A DNA stretch of 64,000 nucleotides from Candidatus Woesearchaeota archaeon (lineage in GTDB: Archaea > Nanobdellota > Nanobdellia > Woesearchaeales > GW2011-AR9), in assembly GCA_018696595.1 (NCBI GenBank), contig JABHQW010000008.1:363758-427757 (forward strand), read 5' to 3'. This document shows positions 56,947 to 64,000 of this stretch, piece by piece. Positions within the stretch are counted from its first letter, which is position 1; every line of letters begins with the position of its first letter. The notes beneath the pieces were generated by a model. It searched no databases and had not been told where the DNA came from. It saw nothing but the letters and a program-made list of their open reading frames with translations. Position numbers and translations under genes: made by a program.

Positions 56947-59090
56947 GAAGAAAACACAAACACAAATCAGAACATTTCACTTTGCCAGAAATAGTTACAC
57001 CAAAAGTAAAAAGAAGAATTGGGAAAACAATTCTTGTTCTGTTTATTCTTTTTTTAGTTATTGCTTCTATTCTGTTTGTTTTGGGAGTAAAAGTGAGATT
57101 TATTTTAGGGGAAGAACTTAGTGTTAATATCAAACAGGACTCTTCCTCTTATTTGGTTGGTTCTGATCAAGCAGTAGATTTATCATTTAGTGTTGTTAAC
57201 GAGAACTTTTTCAAATGTAATAGTCAATGTAACTATGAGTTGATTGACTTGGAGAGTAATAAATTACTTTTTTCAGAAGATTTTTATTTAGAACACAATC
57301 AAGAATATCATAAAAGTGTTGTTGTTGACTCTAAAGAGTTTGGTAATCGTTTATATTTGTACTCGTTGAATATTCAATGTAATAATATTAAAAGTTTAGT
57401 TTGTCTAACAGATGAACTCATTAAACATAATTCTGCATTATTCTTTGTTGAGACAGAACTAACTGCGGAAGAAAAAAGTTTAAGTTTGGATATCATGGAA
57501 AAACTAGAAACAGAGAATGAAAAACTTAATTCTCTTAAAAGCAAATATTCTGAACATCAAACTTTATTGGCTAATAACTTTCCATTAGGCCTAGAAATGA
57601 AAGAAGAAGAACTAAAACTAAAACTTATTAATAAAAGTTTTATAGAAATTGAACAACATTTAAACCAACAGATTGGATTTTGGCAAGAAAGTGAATTTGG
57701 TAAATTTATTCCAACACCTAAGTTGGAAGATTCTCTCTTGTCTTTAACCACTACCGGAAAAAGAATTCGTGAGTTACTTTCCATAAGAAATAATACGATT
57801 GGTATTCTTAATCAAGTGGCTAATAAGAGTGGAGAAATCAAAGGGGCTTATTATCATTCTCCTTTAATTGCTGAAGAAGTTAATAAATTGCAACAAGTTA
57901 ATGATTTGCTGATTTCTGGTGAGCAACTATCTGATGAAAAAATAAATTTGCAAGTTAAAAATAGTGAAACTGTAATCATAAAATTGTTAGAAGATTTTTC
58001 TTTACAATTAGATCAATTAACAAATCATTATTCACCAATTGCTAATGTTTTTGTTTCTAAAAGTGATTGTAATGCTTTAAACTTAATTAAGAAGCAGATT
58101 GTGGAAGAAAACATTACTGTTAATACGGTTAATCTTGATGCATTTATTGATAAAAACTGTTTGGTTGATAAAACTAACTTGACTTTACTAAATGTTACTG
58201 TTGCTAAATCAAACTTTGGTTTTGAAAGTTCTATGCCAGACTTTAAATTGGCTTTTGGAAAACAAGTAAAACAATGTTGTTTGTTTGATGAATGTAAGTC
58301 TTATGATTCTCAAGAGGAGAGAACTTTTACTTTATTTATTCATGGTCATGCTTTGAATAAAGCTAATACGCCAGAGGCTTCAATGGCTGCTTTCGCTAAA
58401 TTACAAGAAGAACTACAAGATAATGCTTTTGTTAACGCGGCAGAAATTAGTTTTGGAGAAATTGATACGAATCTAAATAATTGTGCATTCCCTTTAACTG
58501 CTAGATCTACTTTTTATTATATACCTCATTTGGGTTTTGGTAGATATTCTTTAACTGCTCAGAAATCAGAAAGAATTGAGAATTATGCACTTCGTTTAAG
58601 AGAAATATTAGAAGAAGTTAAGAAAAATGTTCCAAACCACAAAATTAATATTGTTGCTCATTCAATGGGGGGCCTAGTTGTTAGAGAATATCTTGACTTG
58701 TTTGGGGTTAACGGTTTAGATAAAGTGGTTTTTATTAATTCTCCCCATCACGGAGTTACTGGGAAAGTTCAAAAGTTTTGTTCATTAATCGGGGCTTCTA
58801 AAGAATGTGAAGATTTAAGTGCAGGTAGTGTATTTTTACAGAGAATTAATAGTAAGCAATTACCTTTGGGAATTGATTATTATAATATTAGGAGTAAGGG
58901 TTGTTTAATGGAAACAGAAGATGGCGATGGTGTAGTAACTTTAGAAAGTGCTTATCTTTCTGGTGCAGAAGATATTATTATTAATGGTCAATGTCTTGAT
59001 TCATTACAATCCAGTTTGCATAGTGATATTCTTAATCCTGAATTGTACCCAGAAATAGTTAATATCTTGAAAGGTATTCTTGCAGATTAA
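56943..59090 (+). CDS. membrane-anchored alpha/beta hydrolase (lipase-like) on coiled-coil stalk
   Basis: N-terminal TM; FIHG; AHSMGG nucleophile elbow; DGDGVV; LHSD. Confidence 0.82.
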   Translation: MRRKHKHKSEHFTLPEIVTPKVKRRIGKTILVLFILFLVIASILFVLGVKVRFILGEELSVNIKQDSSSYLVGSDQAVDLSFSVVNENFFKCNSQCNYELIDLESNKLLFSEDFYLEHNQEYHKSVVVDSKEFGNRLYLYSLNIQCNNIKSLVCLTDELIKHNSALFFVETELTAEEKSLSLDIMEKLETENEKLNSLKSKYSEHQTLLANNFPLGLEMKEEELKLKLINKSFIEIEQHLNQQIGFWQESEFGKFIPTPKLEDSLLSLTTTGKRIRELLSIRNNTIGILNQVANKSGEIKGAYYHSPLIAEEVNKLQQVNDLLISGEQLSDEKINLQVKNSETVIIKLLEDFSLQLDQLTNHYSPIANVFVSKSDCNALNLIKKQIVEENITVNTVNLDAFIDKNCLVDKTNLTLLNVTVAKSNFGFESSMPDFKLAFGKQVKQCCLFDECKSYDSQEERTFTLFIHGHALNKANTPEASMAAFAKLQEELQDNAFVNAAEISFGEIDTNLNNCAFPLTARSTFYYIPHLGFGRYSLTAQKSERIENYALRLREILEEVKKNVPNHKINIVAHSMGGLVVREYLDLFGVNGLDKVVFINSPHHGVTGKVQKFCSLIGASKECEDLSAGSVFLQRINSKQLPLGIDYYNIRSKGCLMETEDGDGVVTLESAYLSGAEDIIINGQCLDSLQSSLHSDILNPELYPEIVNILKGILAD

Positions 59091-59773
59091 ATATACCAGC
59101 TAGCAATAATGATTATTGAATAGATTAAGAATCCAGTTGTGAAGTACCCAATTTTTCCTTTTCTTCCAAATGGCACGTGGTGTCGAATTACTGTGAATAA
59201 TAAAACGCCTAATGCTAATCCAATTAATGAATAATCTAACCATCTTGGCATTACATTTGTTAATAATAAACCAATGATAGCACCAAACAAAGTTGCACCT
59301 GAAAGGAAGATAGCTTTTAATTTTGATGGGTGTGCTTCTGTTGGTAATGTTGATAGGAATGTATATGTTGCCATAGGAATAAAGAATAATAATCCTTCTA
59401 TTAATCCAAACTTTGTAAATGTAACTAAAACAATACCAATAATTAAATGATAAACAAAAGAGAATATTTGTTCTTCTAAAGATAACATACGAATTAATTC
59501 ATGTCTGTGATTATGTTTGTAGATTTCTTTCTCAATAATGTGGTGGGTAATAAAACCAATTGGTAACGCAAGGAATATTAATTTATCGATGATTAGTGCC
59601 CCTTCTGTAAATGTTGGGAAGAGTTCCAATAATACATAGGTGATTGCTACTCCTGCAGAAAAAGATACAATTTTTTTATTCCATTCTTTGTGTTTAATCG
59701 AATATCTATTACTAAAGAAGTAAATGATTCCAATAATTACTGCTAAGATTAAGGAATAATATGCCATCACCAT
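59087..59773 (-). CDS. integral membrane protein, ZIP-like
   Basis: SFSAGVAITYVLLELFP and about seven TMs with His residues. Confidence 0.55.
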   Translation of the reverse strand: MVMAYYSLILAVIIGIIYFFSNRYSIKHKEWNKKIVSFSAGVAITYVLLELFPTFTEGALIIDKLIFLALPIGFITHHIIEKEIYKHNHRHELIRMLSLEEQIFSFVYHLIIGIVLVTFTKFGLIEGLLFFIPMATYTFLSTLPTEAHPSKLKAIFLSGATLFGAIIGLLLTNVMPRWLDYSLIGLALGVLLFTVIRHHVPFGRKGKIGYFTTGFLIYSIIIIASWYI

Positions 59774-59812
59774 TAAGATGAGAAATATTTAAGGGTTAAT
59801 AAACCTTTTTGA

Positions 59813-60235
59813 TTAAACATAAAATGTAGATAAGAATAAATACAGGGCAATTAAAATTAAAATTATGTTTTGGATAATTTTTTTAGTGTTAATAGGAACG
59901 TCAATCTTTGTTCCGTAACATCCACAATTATCTAACTTATTGTTTTTGAAATAAGCATAAATCACTCCTGCAGTTGCTGTAATTATTAGTAAGAATGCAG
60001 CCAACGAAACAATTGGCAAAAACATTTTAAGAATTAATAAGAGTCCTACAATTATTTCAATGAATGGTAAACTGTAGGCCAGAAACTTTGCTAGTTTTCC
60101 TTTAACCAAATTGTATCTGACAACTATAAAAAAGAATCCTTTTAAGTCTAATAGTTTTAATGCACCACTAATGATTAGAACAATTGCTAATGCAAATCTG
60201 ATAATTAATAAGATGGATGCGTTAAAATAAACCAT
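59813..60235 (-). CDS. MauE/DoxX-family membrane protein
   Basis: SGALKL...LPFIEI...NCGCYG motif. Confidence 0.85.
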   Translation of the reverse strand: MVYFNASILLIIRFALAIVLIISGALKLLDLKGFFFIVVRYNLVKGKLAKFLAYSLPFIEIIVGLLLILKMFLPIVSLAAFLLIITATAGVIYAYFKNNKLDNCGCYGTKIDVPINTKKIIQNIILILIALYLFLSTFYV

Positions 60236-60342
60236 GCTTTAACTAAACTTTAAGGGTTAATAACTTTTTCTATTTTATTTTGTAGTTACGCACAACATTT
60301 ATTAATGATTATTGTTTAATATAATTATAAGAGGTGATATTT

Positions 60343-60981
60343 ATGTTAAAGAAAATTTTTCTTTTAATTACAGTAATTATTATTGGTTTAATCTTAATTG
60401 GATGTTCAGAAACAGAGGTTGATGGTGAAATTGAAGATATAGCAGATTCTGAAACGATAGAAAGCGAAATGTTTGAAGAAGAAATGGAAGAAATTGCTGT
60501 GGAGAAACAAAAACAGTTAGAAAAAGAGTTGGAGAATGTTGATGCTTGTGATGATTGGAAATGTGAAGATTTAGTTGATGTTTTGACGGGGGAAACTTTT
60601 CAAATTAAAGACTTTGAAGGAAAACCAGTTTTAGTAGAAAGTTTTGCTGTTTGGTGTCCAACTTGTTTAAAGCAGCAACTGAAAATGAAAGAATTGTTAG
60701 AAAGTGATGGTGATAATATTGTGCACATTTCTTTTGACACTGATCCTAATGAGGAGCCATCATTAGTAAAAGAACATGCCGAAAAGAATGGTTTGAACTG
60801 GAGATTTACAGTTTCTCCAAAAGAAGTTACTAAAAAACTAATTGAAGAGTTTGGGATTGGTGTTGTTAATGCACCTTCTGCACCAGTGATTTTGGTTTGT
60901 GAAGACCAAACAACAAGATTATTAGAAAAGGGAGTTAAGTCTGCAGAAGAATTGAAAGAGGAGATCTCTGGGGGGTGTTAA
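60343..60981 (+). CDS. TlpA-like thioredoxin lipoprotein
   Basis: Lipobox LIGC; GKPVLVESFAVWCPTC. Confidence 0.87.
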   Translation: MLKKIFLLITVIIIGLILIGCSETEVDGEIEDIADSETIESEMFEEEMEEIAVEKQKQLEKELENVDACDDWKCEDLVDVLTGETFQIKDFEGKPVLVESFAVWCPTCLKQQLKMKELLESDGDNIVHISFDTDPNEEPSLVKEHAEKNGLNWRFTVSPKEVTKKLIEEFGIGVVNAPSAPVILVCEDQTTRLLEKGVKSAEELKEEISGGC

Positions 60982-60982
60982 A

Positions 60983-61672
60983 ATGGTTTCAGCTTTACTT
61001 AATTTATGGATTAGTTTTTTAGCGGGTTTATTTGCTCCACTGGGGGCTGTATGTGTTCTTCCACTTTATCCTGGATTTTTATCTTATTTGGCAGGACAAG
61101 TAAATGCTCAAGGAACTGAAAGTGAGAATAAAAAACAAATAATTATGTTTGGCGTCATTATTACTCTTGGTGTGATTGTTTCAATGTTTGTGTTTGGTTT
61201 GATCTTCACTTTCTTCTTACAAGGATCTTTAACTAAGGCAATTGGAATAATTTCTCCAATAGCGTTCGGGATCTTAGCGGTGATTAGTTTGTTTTTAATT
61301 TTCAACTTTGATTTAGGAAGATTTATTCCTAAATTACATGCTCCTGTGAAGAAGAATCCTTACATTAGTAGTTTAATTTTTGGTTTATTTTTTGGAGCAA
61401 TAGTTTTACCTTGTAATCCTGCTTCACTAGCGGTTTTGTTTGCAGTGAGCACATCTGTAATGGAATTTGTTGTTAATTTGTTAAACTTTATTGTTTTCGG
61501 AATTGGCATGAGTTTACCTTTACTTATATTTGCAATTGTTTCTGCTACAAAAAGTAGAGAAGTTATTGGTTTCTTAACTGCTAGGAAGAAAATCATTAAC
61601 TTAATTGTGGGATTGATTATGTTAGGGGTATCATTGTACTACTTGATATTTGTGTTTAGGATATTTGGTTAA
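60983..61672 (+). CDS. CcdA/DsbD-type transmembrane electron transporter
   Basis: AVCVLPLYPGFLSYL and LPCNP Cys motifs, six TMs. Confidence 0.85.
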   Translation: MVSALLNLWISFLAGLFAPLGAVCVLPLYPGFLSYLAGQVNAQGTESENKKQIIMFGVIITLGVIVSMFVFGLIFTFFLQGSLTKAIGIISPIAFGILAVISLFLIFNFDLGRFIPKLHAPVKKNPYISSLIFGLFFGAIVLPCNPASLAVLFAVSTSVMEFVVNLLNFIVFGIGMSLPLLIFAIVSATKSREVIGFLTARKKIINLIVGLIMLGVSLYYLIFVFRIFG

Positions 61673-61673
61673 A

Positions 61674-62717
61674 ATGAAATTAAAAGTAATTGTTGGACTT
61701 GTATTTTTACTTTTAATAGTTGGATGTTCAAATGTTGTTGAGAATGAAATAACTGAAGATTTAACTAACAGCGAGATCAATAAAGAGTTCTATGTAGAAG
61801 TTCCTATGGAAGAAGTTGCTGAAGATTCTATGGGGGAAATTATGATTACAGAATCTGGAGTTAAATATTTAGTTCATCCTAGTAAAATTCTTTCTGGCGG
61901 TCCACCAATGGATGGGATTCCTAGTTTAGACAATCCAAAATATGTCTCTTTAGAAGAAGCTGATGAATGGATTGAAGATAACGAATTAGTATTGGCGATA
62001 ATTCATAAAGGAGTAAAAAGAGTTTATCCTTTACAAATCTTAGTTTGGCATGAAATTGTTAATGATAACATTGCTGGAGATCCTATTTTAATAACTTATT
62101 GTCCATTATGTGGGTCTGGTATTGCCTTTGAAGGGGAAATTGATCTTAATGGAGAGAGAAAAGAAGTTGAGTTTGGAACTTCTGGAAAATTGTATAATTC
62201 AAATTTGGTAATGTATGATCGAGAAACACAATCGTATTGGACACAGATTGATGGTAAAGCGATTGTTGGTCAACTTACTGGTCAAGAGTTGGTAGAAGTT
62301 TCTATTGATACTGTTGTCTGGCGAGATTGGAAAAAAGTTCACCCAGATTCAGAAGTGTTAAGTCAGAAGACTGGGCATTTTAGAAATTATGGGAAAGATC
62401 CTTACGGAAGTTATTATGAAAATAGTAATTTATTCTTTCCTGTAGAGAATGAAGATAATACTATTCATCCGAAAACAATCATTTTTGGAATTGAAGTTGA
62501 TGGGTTTTACAAAGCTTATCGAGAAGATGATTTAATTGAAATGGACGGACTAATTGAAGATACTGTTAATGGTGTTAATGTTAAAGTTGAAAGAGATGAA
62601 GCAGGAATTGTTACAATTATGAGTGTTGATTCTGGTAAAGGGATAATCAAAGAGAGAGATTTTTGGTTCGCATGGTACGCTTTCCATCCAGAAACTGGAT
62701 TGTATGAGGTGAAATAA
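61674..62717 (+). CDS. DUF3179 domain lipoprotein
   Basis: Lipobox IVGC; SGGPPMDGIP, WHEIVND, TYCPLCGSG, SGKLYNSNLVMYD, FWFAWYAFHPET. Confidence 0.9.
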   Translation: MKLKVIVGLVFLLLIVGCSNVVENEITEDLTNSEINKEFYVEVPMEEVAEDSMGEIMITESGVKYLVHPSKILSGGPPMDGIPSLDNPKYVSLEEADEWIEDNELVLAIIHKGVKRVYPLQILVWHEIVNDNIAGDPILITYCPLCGSGIAFEGEIDLNGERKEVEFGTSGKLYNSNLVMYDRETQSYWTQIDGKAIVGQLTGQELVEVSIDTVVWRDWKKVHPDSEVLSQKTGHFRNYGKDPYGSYYENSNLFFPVENEDNTIHPKTIIFGIEVDGFYKAYREDDLIEMDGLIEDTVNGVNVKVERDEAGIVTIMSVDSGKGIIKERDFWFAWYAFHPETGLYEVK

Positions 62718-62718
62718 G

Positions 62719-63510
62719 ATGAAACGAAAGAAAGATGTTGAAAATAATAATTCAGATAATCAAGAAGGAGCAGAAAAAGAAAAAAGAGATTGGCGAATTT
62801 TTCTAGCTAGCGTTTTCTTTGTATTGGGTTTCGCAGTAATTTTTTCTTTAGTTGGGGTTCTGTTACAAAGTGTTTTGTCTGAAGCTGCACCTTCTATTCA
62901 AACATGGTTGGGAAGAGTTGGTGGGGTAATAATTATTGCTTTTGGTCTTTACCTTTTAGGATTATTAAAAATAAATTTTCTTGAAAAAGAACATAAATTA
63001 CAAGTTAAGAAAAAGTTTAATTCAATGTATTTAACTTCGTTTGTTTTTGGAGCAGCTTTCGCTGTTGGTTGGACTCCTTGCGTTGGGGCGGTTTTAGGTG
63101 CGATACTTACTTTAGCAGTAATTCAGCCAGGAACAGCTTTCTTTTTAATGATAGCTTATTCATTAGGGCTAGGTATTCCTTTCTTATTAGTTGGTTTGTT
63201 TACTTCTCAAGCTCGGAAATTAATTATTAGGGCAGGAAAGTGGATAAAATATTTCCAATATCTTTTTGGTGTTATTTTAATTGTAATCGGGATTCTTGTA
63301 TTTACAAATCAATTGAACAGAATTGCTAGTCTTGAATTTGTTACTAACTTATTAATTAGTTTAAATATTGGAGCTGTTGGTTCAAGTATGGGTGGACTAA
63401 ATATTGGGATTGCTTTCTTTGCTGGGTTTGTTTCTTTCTTAAGTCCTTGCGTCTTGCCTTTGATCCCGGCGTTCTTATCATACTTGGCCTCTGTGGGGGT
63501 TAAAAAATGA
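62719..63510 (+). CDS. ccdA: CcdA, circularly permuted (TM1 motif at C-terminus)
   Basis: GWTPCVGAVL in the middle; FFAGFVSFLSPCVLPLIPAFLSYL at the C-terminus. Confidence 0.85.
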   Translation: MKRKKDVENNNSDNQEGAEKEKRDWRIFLASVFFVLGFAVIFSLVGVLLQSVLSEAAPSIQTWLGRVGGVIIIAFGLYLLGLLKINFLEKEHKLQVKKKFNSMYLTSFVFGAAFAVGWTPCVGAVLGAILTLAVIQPGTAFFLMIAYSLGLGIPFLLVGLFTSQARKLIIRAGKWIKYFQYLFGVILIVIGILVFTNQLNRIASLEFVTNLLISLNIGAVGSSMGGLNIGIAFFAGFVSFLSPCVLPLIPAFLSYLASVGVKK

Positions 63511-64000
63511 AAACAAGAAGAATAATTTTGGTAGTAGTATTATTGTTGATTGCGGGAAGCATTTATTATTTGGAGTCGTTAAGAGTTTCTCCTGCTGGCC
63601 CAGTTACAGAACTTGAAACAGAGATAGTTGAAACTGAAGAGTCTGAAATTAAAGAAGTTGAGATCAAAGAAAAAGAAATGCCTGAACAACCGATGATTAA
63701 AGATGGAATGTATCTTTTATCTCCGGAGCTGAAAGGAATTGTTGGTTACATTAATACGGAAGAAGGGACAAAGATATCTGATTTTCGCGGTAAAGTTGTT
63801 TTGATTGATTTTTGGACATATTCATGTATCAATTGTATTAGAACACTTCCTCATTTAACTTCTTGGGATGAGAAATATAAAGATCAGGGTTTAGTTATTA
63901 TTGGTGTTCACACGCCTGAATTTGAGTTTGAGAAAGATATTGATAATGTTAAATCGGCGATGGAAAAATATGGGATTGAATATATTGTTGTTCAGGATAA
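63507..64000 (+). CDS. DipZ-like thioredoxin-fold protein (truncated by window end)
   Basis: ATG 63507; signal anchor; GKVVLIDFWTYSCINCIRTLP, GVHTPEF. Confidence 0.9.
   Translation, partial: MKTRRIILVVVLLLIAGSIYYLESLRVSPAGPVTELETEIVETEESEIKEVEIKEKEMPEQPMIKDGMYLLSPELKGIVGYINTEEGTKISDFRGKVVLIDFWTYSCINCIRTLPHLTSWDEKYKDQGLVIIGVHTPEFEFEKDIDNVKSAMEKYGIEYIVVQD

Noticed and set aside
486-63510. Short antisense or overlapping ORFs in the track (e.g. 486-701, 5615-5917, 8152-8544, 11547-11909, 13139-13537, 29544-29780, 42741-43001)
   Set aside because: They lie inside longer, motif-supported genes and have Ser/Leu/Phe-biased shadow composition.

Overview
AT-rich (roughly 30% GC by eye), gene-dense window from a DPANN archaeon, most likely Woesearchaeales. 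Support for this: archaeal RtcA, ABCE1, GluRS and AspRS, BHB tRNA introns, BRE/TATA promoters with many leaderless genes, and DPANN-type surface proteins. It holds about 58 CDS and two tRNAs: Trp(CCA) with two introns and Thr(CGT). No rRNA, CRISPR or mobile element was recognised. The most striking signal is a set of bacterial-style envelope genes in an otherwise archaeal context. Two secreted proteins end in outer-membrane-type beta-barrels with a terminal Phe: an 8-strand OmpA-like barrel on a stalk (3339-5093) and a ~12-strand barrel (11221-12126) transcribed divergently from a TrmB regulator with four effector domains, with a perfect operator-like palindrome between them. There is also a canonical Lgt with at least seven lipobox proteins. 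Other highlights are a circularly permuted CcdA, a minimal box C/D guide in the tRNA-Trp intron that predicts Cm34, PurA-HAD and PurB-HAD-remnant fusions, a DUF2090 aldolase-RpiB fusion, and two ORFs separated by a single in-frame TAG. All calls come from motif reading only; no searches were run.
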